Origin: a virus
Taxonomy: Duplodnaviria > Caudoviricetes
Reading direction: 5' to 3' (one strand)
Length of the DNA stretch: 60,909 nucleotides
IMG/VR virus record: IMGVR_UViG_3300048819_000038
Coordinates: 1-60,909 of that record
Below are positions 18,279 to 26,141 of the stretch, piece by piece. The stretch's first letter is position 1; the number at the start of each line of letters is the position of its first letter. A model generated the notes under the pieces. It worked only from the letters and a program-made list of their open reading frames with translations. It had not been told where the DNA came from and searched no databases. The translations under genes were made by a program, and so were the position numbers.

Positions 18279-19068
18279 GGAAGTAGAGCAGGTAGAACTA
18301 GAGGAAATTGACCTGGGTAGTCGGAAGATGCCAGGGTTCGTCAAGAAGGGTCTTGTCGCCGTTCAGGGTGGTCAATACTATCTCCGAGCGGCATACCGGA
18401 TCTTATGGATGCGTGAGGAAAGAGGGGACAGTTGGACGATACAAACCCAGGTGTTCTACTTCGACCCGGAGAAACAGTTTGTTATTTTCAAGGCGACTAT
18501 ACTGGACGAAACCGGCAGGGTAATCGCCACGGCACACCATGAGGAGAAAGCCGGTAAGCTGCCCTTCATTCGCAAGGCCGAGACAGGAGCCGTCGCAAGA
18601 GTGTTAGGTATGTGTGGGTACGGCACTCAGTTTGGGGATATGGACGAAGACGCAGACGGTACGATAGAGAATACCGCAGATGGGGCGCATGGCAGTAATC
18701 CGAAGGGTGCTCAGGCCGCAACTCCTGCGGTAAACACAGGTACTAAGAACTGTCCTTCGTGCGGTGCTCCTGCCGGAAAGCCACACGCCAGCAAGTGCGA
18801 TGTGGTACACAAGGATGCCTCACAGTCGCGTCAGGATGACCATACAGCGTCCAAAGACGAACCAATGGCAACTCCATCACAGACGGAAAGACTGGCTCAG
18901 ATTTACTTCGATCTAGGAATTACGGTAGATTGGGATTCCGAGAAAGGAATGTCGGCAAAGGAGTACAGAGAAAGAGCACACGCCGTCGCACCGGAGTATG
19001 AGGCATACAAGATACGCAAGAGGAACGAGACACCCGCGCAGAGGGCCGAAAGGAATGAGTTGAAATAG
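18271..19068 (+). CDS. single-strand annealing protein (Rad52/Sak-like)
   Basis: Y...R..W.RE...KAETGAVAR.L...GYGTQF, then a disordered C-terminus; next to Gam-like and helicase genes. Confidence 0.65.
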   Translation: MSEEVEQVELEEIDLGSRKMPGFVKKGLVAVQGGQYYLRAAYRILWMREERGDSWTIQTQVFYFDPEKQFVIFKATILDETGRVIATAHHEEKAGKLPFIRKAETGAVARVLGMCGYGTQFGDMDEDADGTIENTADGAHGSNPKGAQAATPAVNTGTKNCPSCGAPAGKPHASKCDVVHKDASQSRQDDHTASKDEPMATPSQTERLAQIYFDLGITVDWDSEKGMSAKEYRERAHAVAPEYEAYKIRKRNETPAQRAERNELK

Positions 19069-19388
19069 TGGAGAGTATGAAAAGGATCGTTGGGGAATGG
19101 GCAGAGGAGACATTCCCAAAGTCTACCAACGCTTCGATATGCAACCACCTGGAAAGGGAGGTGAGGGAACTGGAAGAACTATGCATGATACCGGATAAGT
19201 ACACGGATAGTTTTACTCTCAGAAAGGAGTTGTCAGAAGAGATAGCGGACTGCGTGTTACTACTCATGCACCTCGCGCACAGAAATGGAATCGACATAGA
19301 CAATGCCGTGTTGAGTAAACATGCTGTCAATGTCAGCAGAAAGTGGGGTGAGCCGGATAAGTTCGGGGTTGTAGAACACATCAAGTAA
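19068..19388 (+). CDS. MazG-like nucleotide pyrophosphohydrolase
   Basis: HLEREVREL...EEIADC...K..VN..RKW. Confidence 0.8.
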   Translation: MESMKRIVGEWAEETFPKSTNASICNHLEREVRELEELCMIPDKYTDSFTLRKELSEEIADCVLLLMHLAHRNGIDIDNAVLSKHAVNVSRKWGEPDKFGVVEHIK

Positions 19389-19395
19389 ATAAAAC

Positions 19396-19424
19396 TTGAC
19401 AACAGGGTGACAATAGTATATACT
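19396..19424 (+). promoter_or_regulatory. sigma70-type promoter
   Basis: TTGACA-17 nt-TATACT, with a palindrome 11 nt downstream. Confidence 0.8.
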
Positions 19425-19434
19425 GATTCCCTTA

Positions 19435-19451
19435 GTAACCAAATTGGTTAC
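19435..19451. repeat. 17-bp palindrome copy 9 (operator position)
   Basis: GTAACCAAATTGGTTAC. Confidence 0.95.
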
Positions 19452-19487
19452 GGGACGTGAAAACAAGCAAGCGGAAAGAGGAAAAGA

Positions 19488-20402
19488 ATGTCTGACGTAG
19501 TAGTGCTAGACCCGGTACAGGGCGTGCTGATGCAGGGGGAGTTGACGGAGAAAGAGGTCGTCAAGCGCAGGAAGGCTATCCAGGGAGCACTGGATATGTC
19601 CAAGAAATACCTCCTCGAACTCAAAGAGCAAGACAACTGGAAGAAAGATCCCATCGTCAAGCAGAACAACATATCCACGATGGAGCAGTATTGGAATGTG
19701 GCGTTTGGGTATTCCAAGCAGCACGGCTACCGGCTGATCCAAGAGCAGGAGGTTCGGGAGTCTATCGAAGACGAGAGCCTTCAGCCGGAGAATGAGGGTC
19801 AAGCGAGAGTCCTGGCAACCATACCTGCGGCCTATCGCGAGAAGGTGATGCGGAAAGCGTATGACATCGCACCGGAGCCTGCGAACAAAAAACTGCCAAA
19901 GAAGATTTCGGCTAAGGTGATCGAGCAGGCTATGTCGGTAGTCAAGGCAGAGTACCCGGAAGAGTTCCCGGAAACTGTAATCGTTCCAGTGAAAACGGAA
20001 ACTACCAAGGCGCACACGAACGGCACTGGTTCAGGGGTGTTAAGTGCCAAAGAAGAGGAACGGGAGGGTGCGGACTATATCATGGATGATGAGGTCTACA
20101 AAAACACTCCCAAACTCCTGGATGTGGTACTTGTAAAGAGCAGGAAGGATCTCTTCGCTTTCAAGTTCCGATACCCTGGTGGGGATGTTGGCTATGAGTA
20201 CTTCCGCAGTTCAGTCAAAGGACTCTTCAAGCCGTCAGTGGACACTGCCGTACCGAATACGATGACTAGGGCTGAGTCATTCGTAAAGGATGCGGAGATG
20301 ACGCTGAGTGAGTCTGACTTCGCCGCCGATAAGAAGGCGGACGCCGGTATCTTCGACAAGGATGAAACCGAAGAAGACCCACTGGCAGAAGTCGTATCCT
20401 AG
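19488..20402 (+). CDS. putative DNA-binding protein (DUF3102-like N-terminus)
   Basis: L.ELK....K...TMEQY....FGYSKQ..YRLI...PENEGQARVL. Confidence 0.55.
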   Translation: MSDVVVLDPVQGVLMQGELTEKEVVKRRKAIQGALDMSKKYLLELKEQDNWKKDPIVKQNNISTMEQYWNVAFGYSKQHGYRLIQEQEVRESIEDESLQPENEGQARVLATIPAAYREKVMRKAYDIAPEPANKKLPKKISAKVIEQAMSVVKAEYPEEFPETVIVPVKTETTKAHTNGTGSGVLSAKEEEREGADYIMDDEVYKNTPKLLDVVLVKSRKDLFAFKFRYPGGDVGYEYFRSSVKGLFKPSVDTAVPNTMTRAESFVKDAEMTLSESDFAADKKADAGIFDKDETEEDPLAEVVS

Positions 20403-20412
20403 GAGGTAGGGT

Positions 20413-21084
20413 ATGCATACGCAGGTAATTCACATGCGTAATGCTCCGAATGGATGGCAGGAGGATAACCGATTTGTCTATATCGGACGCCCAAATCCTA
20501 AGTACGACATTGAAGGTAGATGGGGCAATCCCATCTACCTTCCTTACAATGTGGACGAAACGGAGCGAAACCGCATTCTCGACGAGTGCGATGCAATACT
20601 GGACGGACAGTTGCAGTATCTATCTTTTCGGGAACACGTACGCAGGTTACACGGACGTATCCTTGTATGCTTTTGCAAGCCTAAGCGGTGTCATGGAGAT
20701 CATCTGGCTTTATGTGCCGACCAGTTGCAGGCCGAGCACGAAAGGGTTCTCCTGGAATCGAAAGAGGGATTTTCTAAACTCACCAACGCGAAGTCCTTGG
20801 AGGAGCAGGAGTACAGTCGTCGTATGGAAACTAAACGGGCCTTCCACAAAAAGATCGAAGAAGCAAAGGAGGGATTCGAGTCTATCCTGGAAGGTGTAGA
20901 TTTGACCGATAATACTCCCATAGGGATGCCGGAATGGTTTAAGAGATGGAGGCGTGAATATCTCGATCCGGCATTCGCACTAGACAAAAAGAACCAACCC
21001 CAAGAATACTGCACTGTAAACGATAAGGTGCGGTATAATTACTATCAATACATCCCGCCGTTCTACGGCAGCGAGGAGGACTAA
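20413..21084 (+). CDS. DUF4326 domain protein
   Basis: VYIGRP...WGNP...L.GRILVCFCKPKRCHGD.L. Confidence 0.85.
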   Translation: MHTQVIHMRNAPNGWQEDNRFVYIGRPNPKYDIEGRWGNPIYLPYNVDETERNRILDECDAILDGQLQYLSFREHVRRLHGRILVCFCKPKRCHGDHLALCADQLQAEHERVLLESKEGFSKLTNAKSLEEQEYSRRMETKRAFHKKIEEAKEGFESILEGVDLTDNTPIGMPEWFKRWRREYLDPAFALDKKNQPQEYCTVNDKVRYNYYQYIPPFYGSEED

Positions 21085-21603
21085 GTGAGTAACCAATTTG
21101 GTTACTATAGACTGTACACTGACGGAGGATTGCTGTCCAAGAATCCTTCCGACAAAGGAGGCACTTGGGCCTGGGTATGTGTTGATGAGGAGGACAATGT
21201 TCTCGCCAAGGAATCCGGTATCGTTCTTCCTCATCACATCGACAGGGAGAGGGTGACGAACAATCAATCAGAACTGACGGCGATATACAGGGGACTGAGA
21301 TCTTTACCGAATGGATGGCAAGGACAGTTATGGTCGGATAGTAGGATCGCCTTACAGTGGATAGGTGGAACACCTGGGAGGACATGGACTAGCGTACCCA
21401 GGAGGCTTAGTAACCTTGTAATCCACGAACTGCACAGGAACAGGACTACAGGCGGGAGGATAGAGTTCATGCACCTGGACGGGCATAGGGAAGGCAGCGA
21501 GTTCCACAAGTTCAATGTGATGTGTGACCGGATGTGCAACGAAGAAAGGGCCAAATGGGATAAGCGAAATGAAGATGGAGGATCTGAGTCCGGAAGATCG
21601 TAA
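21085..21603 (+). CDS. RNase H (type I-like)
   Basis: LYTDGG..NP, TNNQSELTA, SDS, HLDGH, N..CD. Confidence 0.85.
   Translation: MSNQFGYYRLYTDGGLLSKNPSDKGGTWAWVCVDEEDNVLAKESGIVLPHHIDRERVTNNQSELTAIYRGLRSLPNGWQGQLWSDSRIALQWIGGTPGRTWTSVPRRLSNLVIHELHRNRTTGGRIEFMHLDGHREGSEFHKFNVMCDRMCNEERAKWDKRNEDGGSESGRS
21089..21105. repeat. 17-bp palindrome copy 10 (in the first codons of RNase H)
   Basis: GTAACCAATTTGGTTAC. Confidence 0.95.
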
Positions 21604-22000
21604 GGCACTCCAATGGTATATGACTCCGTATGTGCGTGACAAGTTCGGTCGTGTGCCAAAAGAACTACGAACATGCTATTGCGAGAAGCTGCAAGAGACT
21701 GTCACATTCGATAGTCTCGGAGAGATGAATCATTGGAACGAACTTGTCTTTCGAGAAAAGGTAGGAGACATACGCAATCTACAGAGGCAGGTAGACTTTA
21801 TCCTGGTAGATGATAAGAAGTCGGGATTCAAGCTAACCTATCGAGCAGACTACATGTACGAGGAAAGGATTGGGACAACGGAATCGTTTGAGGTAGTCGT
21901 CTCAGACTTCAAGGGGCAAATTACCCGAATATACAGGAAGAAGAAGAAACTCATGCTATCGGTATACGGAATCAAGATCAAGGAGGTGTTTTCAAAATGA
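21524..22000 (+). CDS. DUF1064-like PD-(D/E)xK endonuclease
   Basis: FDS..E...L.RQ..F....Y.AD.......D.KG......KKKL; start uncertain. Confidence 0.75.
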   Translation: MTGCATKKGPNGISEMKMEDLSPEDRKALQWYMTPYVRDKFGRVPKELRTCYCEKLQETVTFDSLGEMNHWNELVFREKVGDIRNLQRQVDFILVDDKKSGFKLTYRADYMYEERIGTTESFEVVVSDFKGQITRIYRKKKKLMLSVYGIKIKEVFSK

Positions 22001-22236
22001 CTGCAAAGGAAGTGGCAGAGGCACTGTTCGATAAGCTGGATACCAAGTCCATGAACCAGGATCAAGTTGCCGATGTGATCCAGAAAGCTTACGATGTAGA
22101 GAGGGAAGCCTGTAAGAAGGACGCCAGGGATGTACTGGTTAATTGGGCATGGTCTATCTACTGCTACGAACCGGATCTGTTCATATCCCTGGCAAATGAC
22201 ATAGACAAGAAGATGGACGCAAGGCGTGATTCCTGA
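21997..22236 (+). CDS. hypothetical protein
   Basis: ATGA overlap, AGGAGG RBS. Confidence 0.6.
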   Translation: MTAKEVAEALFDKLDTKSMNQDQVADVIQKAYDVEREACKKDARDVLVNWAWSIYCYEPDLFISLANDIDKKMDARRDS

Positions 22237-22506
22237 CACTAGGAAGCCCGTACAGCGTCCTAATCGGTTCGGGTGACATAATCATCAGGTGGCGTAAAAC
22301 ACGCCCTAGAATCTGGAGGTTTGATATGAATAGGTGGACATGTATGAGAGGCAGGCAGGGGAGTTCATTCACATTTATGTGGAGGAGGCTGACAGTCAAC
22401 TTCACAAGAGACTTCCAGTGTGTGCGTGATGTGATAAAGCAGCACCCAAATGCAGTAGATATATGCATCACCATGAAAGACGGAGAGCAGATTATCGTCA
22501 GAAAGG

Positions 22507-22830
22507 ATGTGCCAAGTGAGTAGTATGTTTGAGAGAATTATTGGAGAGACATACGGGGAGTTCAAAGAGTCTATGCTGCATGAACTAGAAACTGCTCAGA
22601 AGGAAGCCGAGACTGCTTCCCGTAAAGTATGGACGGCACAGCACGCGCTTGCTAAAGCCAGGAGAGCACTTCAAGATGCCTCGGCAGAGAACCGTTTAGC
22701 ACAGGAAAGACTCTCCGTGGCTCTCGCAATAGCGCAGCGCGACGGGTATGTCTCTGTCCAAATGAACCGTCCTTCTTATCTAGGCGTTGCGCCGGTTAGC
22801 CAACCACCGGAAGGAGATCCGCTGTCCTAG
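22507..22830 (+). CDS. coiled-coil hypothetical protein
   Basis: Ala/Glu-rich heptads; start uncertain. Confidence 0.6.
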   Translation: MCQVSSMFERIIGETYGEFKESMLHELETAQKEAETASRKVWTAQHALAKARRALQDASAENRLAQERLSVALAIAQRDGYVSVQMNRPSYLGVAPVSQPPEGDPLS

Positions 22831-22834
22831 AAAT

Positions 22835-22921
22835 GAGTGTACATTCTACATCAGGTTTCGGTCTTCGGCCCTACGGGATAGTCCCGACCTACTGCCGAAC
22901 TTAGGTGAACTGCATCACTAC
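22835..22921 (-). ncRNA. candidate small antisense-oriented RNA
   Basis: Directly downstream of a consensus - strand promoter; several complementary segments. Confidence 0.45.
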
Positions 22922-22927
22922 AAATCG

Positions 22928-22956
22928 ATTATACCGTAGTATCTTCAGTATGTCAA
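22928..22956 (-). promoter_or_regulatory. sigma70-type promoter, opposite to the surrounding genes
   Basis: TTGACA-17 nt-TATAAT, perfect consensus. Confidence 0.8.
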
Positions 22957-22973
22957 GGAAAAAGGAGAAATAA

Positions 22974-23519
22974 ATGCCAGAAGAAGAGAAAGTGGTTACA
23001 AATCGCAGAGGGACAAAAGTGTCGCTGTCAGCGAATGATGTTCAAATAGGTACATTGGGGGCGGACATATTAAGGATACTGTGGCAATACGGAAGACCAT
23101 GCTCCTTAAATGAAATATACTACGCCCTCTATCGTGGAAACTTCAATAAGAAGAGACAAACACAATCCATACATACATTAACTCTGTCTCTTGGTAAACT
23201 TGTAGACAAAAACATGGTAAGGGCCATCCCAAGACCAGTAGGTAAGAAAGGAAGACCATCCGCCAGGAACGGAGGATATGGTCTTCCTAGTGTCCCAAAG
23301 CTGTATGAGGCTGCAAGGCCGAGAGAGTTAGTCGTCGCCAGTATACTGAACGACAACATAATACGACTAACCGGGCAGTCGTTAGGTTTTATCTTGTCAA
23401 GGATGAATAAAGATAACCAGTTAGGGATCGTACCAACGGATGACGTATCAGACTTTATGATGGAACTATCACAGAATGATACAGAGTATGACCACGACTA
23501 CGATCTGGAGGAAGACTAA
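22974..23519 (+). CDS. BlaI/MecI/CopY-like winged-helix regulator
   Basis: LGADILRILW.....S..EI...L...T.TL.L.KLVDK.MV. Confidence 0.65.
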   Translation: MPEEEKVVTNRRGTKVSLSANDVQIGTLGADILRILWQYGRPCSLNEIYYALYRGNFNKKRQTQSIHTLTLSLGKLVDKNMVRAIPRPVGKKGRPSARNGGYGLPSVPKLYEAARPRELVVASILNDNIIRLTGQSLGFILSRMNKDNQLGIVPTDDVSDFMMELSQNDTEYDHDYDLEED

Positions 23520-23950
23520 TGAAACTGTGTGTCTATGGTTCTGTTAGGTGGCCCGAACATAAGAGTAATGAGGTTGTAAAGGCGGTACGACTAGCGACAA
23601 ATGAGCTAGATACCAATGAAGACGCTGTAGATACTCTCATTATATCTGGAGCACAAGCGGGAGTAGACAAAGTAATACGGGAATGCTTTCCGTATTATGG
23701 GTACGAAGTCGTGGAGGTTCCTTACGGGTCTTACAACTACAAAGATCCTTCACGGCAGTCGAGAGAAATGGTTGAGATGGCGGATGCTGTTCTTGTGATT
23801 GCACACACCGGAGGCATGAACAAGAACAGCATCATGGTACACGCCGTCAAGACAAACAAGCCTCTGTATGTTTACAAGTCTGGAATGCTTTATACGAGAA
23901 AAGAGGAAGGTTATATTTTAACAGTGTCGGAAACAGCCTGTGTCGAGTAA
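23519..23950 (+). CDS. SLOG-family (YspA/DUF2493-like) protein
   Basis: V.GS.R...IISGAQAGVD...M...ADA. Confidence 0.65.
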   Translation: MKLCVYGSVRWPEHKSNEVVKAVRLATNELDTNEDAVDTLIISGAQAGVDKVIRECFPYYGYEVVEVPYGSYNYKDPSRQSREMVEMADAVLVIAHTGGMNKNSIMVHAVKTNKPLYVYKSGMLYTRKEEGYILTVSETACVE

Positions 23951-23963
23951 CCAAATTGGTTAC
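23947..23963. repeat. 17-bp palindrome copy 11
   Basis: Supplies the TAA stop, followed by AAGGAG. Confidence 0.95.
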
Positions 23964-23977
23964 TAAGGAGTTGAAAA

Positions 23978-24214
23978 GTGGGTAGAATAAAACAGTTAAG
24001 GACAGAGCTAGGAAAGACATGGCATTATCAGTACACGGCATGTTCCTTGGAAAGCAGAGAGAAGCACAGGAGTAAGATATGGGAATTTAAGTATAGAGTA
24101 TGGAAACGAAAAGAGAATGGGAAGCAAGTATATCACTTCTACATCCAGATACAGGACGGCAAACCTGTGAAGAGAACTCATAGCCGTGGTAAGTGGGGAG
24201 CGTGGATGAAATGA
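23978..24214 (+). CDS. hypothetical protein, last gene of the + arm
   Basis: AAGGAG RBS, GTG start. Confidence 0.6.
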   Translation: MGRIKQLRTELGKTWHYQYTACSLESREKHRSKIWEFKYRVWKRKENGKQVYHFYIQIQDGKPVKRTHSRGKWGAWMK

Positions 24215-24215
24215 C

Positions 24216-26132
24216 TTACGTCCAAGTCCTGCCCTCATCCGAACTGAATGCGAAGTGTGGCTGATCGCTTAGAATCCATATCGCGAGTACGCCCTGCGTA
24301 AGAGAGACAAGGCATGGTGGGTAAGCGAGGGCAGGTATCTGCGGAATGGCGGCACTGTCCTGTTCCCAGGTAATTCCAGTATCACGACTTCTTGCTGCCT
24401 TGCATGTCATGGCGGTCGTGTCGTATACCAGTGCAAGGAAGGTATAGCTAGGAAGCATAACCCCGGAGCATACCGTACCTGTGATCGCAGAGATTGCAGC
24501 AGATGTCCAGGTGATCCCACCGTCCTTACTACGATAACAGACAGTAGTGCCGTGTGTGAGGAGTAGTGCTTGGACGGCCCCAAAGTCGGCAAACCCACAC
24601 CTCTGTATATCCGATGGCACTCCTGCCACACTGGTAGCACCGGAGAAGTTTCCCTGCGTGCTGTAGTCAAAGTCTATTTCAACATCAGAACCAGTGAGAC
24701 GTATAACGGTAGTGCGGGATCGTTTCTTCGACCCTGGCTGACAGTTGGGGGCAGCGATAGTGACTCCTGAGTTCCAACTTCCATTCACCCCAAATGCATT
24801 GTTCAGGTATCCCTTAGACGATCCACTACCATTCGTTTCCAGTAACAGCAGTCCATTGGCTAGATAGGAAAGTCCGGCTTCTGTTACGAAGTGGTAAAGC
24901 AGGTACGGCATATCCCATCCGACCGTACTGTGCCCCACATGTGCCATAGCGGATCTATTGCTGGAGATCATAAGGTCGTCATTCTGCTTGATCCAGATAA
25001 TGCTAACCACTCCCATGTAGCCGTCTGCCAATGAGAACACAGGAGAGGTTAGGGCAATACCTGCGAGGATGATGTAGGTATTGCCAGAAGCACCAAAACC
25101 GGCAGAGGTAGTGGTATAGGTTATGGCACTGGTAGTTACACCGGCAGTAAAACCCCACCTTCCCCAATTCCATGATCCAAAAGTTCCGGAATAGACCACG
25201 CTTGCAGGGATCACACCTCCGCTTGGTGGCGTGAAGTTGATTCCACCGTTTGTATCGAATGCAACCGTCTCGGCGTCATTGTATATTCCTGATGGCACTG
25301 TGAATGTCCCTGGATAGGTAACGGGAATGATAACAGATTCCAGATAGAATGCTATGTCCCAATGGATGACAGAGGCTACTGCCCCGAACCCGCCAGCAAC
25401 AGCCGCAGAGAATGTAAAGTAACCTCCGGTAGATCCTACGCCTGGACTTGGGACGTCTATGTAAAGAATCTCTGTGCCGTGGGTAACTCCAACAGAGGTG
25501 GTCGTTGCTGTGTAGAGAGTCCCATTGACAGTTACATCAACCGTTGTTCCAAGTGTTATTGTCCCGCCAAAACTACCTTGAACCTCTACGAACACGCGAC
25601 CACCTGAGATAGTATGCCCTGGTACGCCTGGGTAGTAAAAGTTATCGTACAGGTTCAGGTTTGGAGTTGCCCTGTAGAAACCAAAGGATGCGAATATGGT
25701 TGTTATTCCTCCGGGATTGGCAGTAGAGAAAGTGATAACTGCCGTGGACATCATGCTGAATGGGTAGAAGGTAATCTCTATAGGAAGGTTAGTACCCGCA
25801 ACAACAGCCTCATTGATCGCAGCAATGGCGGCATTGGAAAGGTGAGGATAGCCAGAACCATCATCCAGCCCGACCGCAACCCCGGATACTGTGATGATGT
25901 TGTAGATTCTTTCCTGCACGACCCCGGATAATGTAGTAACCTTTACGCCTATGGTGTCAGCGGGATTGATAGTACCCGTACTGCTCATGTTGACATTCCA
26001 TATAGCTCTCAGATCGTTGTAGAGGCATCCCACAGGTAGTACGGGCGCAGGCAGGAGATGCCTTGTAACCGTAGGCGAGGATACATCGAGGGAGAATGCG
26101 GTAATTTCTAGGGGCACTACAGTAAACGACAT
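24216..26132 (-). CDS. tail tip / receptor-binding protein with Asp-box (BNR) repeats
   Basis: S.DGG.TW motifs (RSKDGGITW, SRDTGITW, SSDEGRTW); beta-rich; distal tail position. Confidence 0.65.
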   Translation of the reverse strand: MSFTVVPLEITAFSLDVSSPTVTRHLLPAPVLPVGCLYNDLRAIWNVNMSSTGTINPADTIGVKVTTLSGVVQERIYNIITVSGVAVGLDDGSGYPHLSNAAIAAINEAVVAGTNLPIEITFYPFSMMSTAVITFSTANPGGITTIFASFGFYRATPNLNLYDNFYYPGVPGHTISGGRVFVEVQGSFGGTITLGTTVDVTVNGTLYTATTTSVGVTHGTEILYIDVPSPGVGSTGGYFTFSAAVAGGFGAVASVIHWDIAFYLESVIIPVTYPGTFTVPSGIYNDAETVAFDTNGGINFTPPSGGVIPASVVYSGTFGSWNWGRWGFTAGVTTSAITYTTTSAGFGASGNTYIILAGIALTSPVFSLADGYMGVVSIIWIKQNDDLMISSNRSAMAHVGHSTVGWDMPYLLYHFVTEAGLSYLANGLLLLETNGSGSSKGYLNNAFGVNGSWNSGVTIAAPNCQPGSKKRSRTTVIRLTGSDVEIDFDYSTQGNFSGATSVAGVPSDIQRCGFADFGAVQALLLTHGTTVCYRSKDGGITWTSAAISAITGTVCSGVMLPSYTFLALVYDTTAMTCKAARSRDTGITWEQDSAAIPQIPALAYPPCLVSLTQGVLAIWILSDQPHFAFSSDEGRTWT

Positions 26133-26141
26133 TGGTACTCC

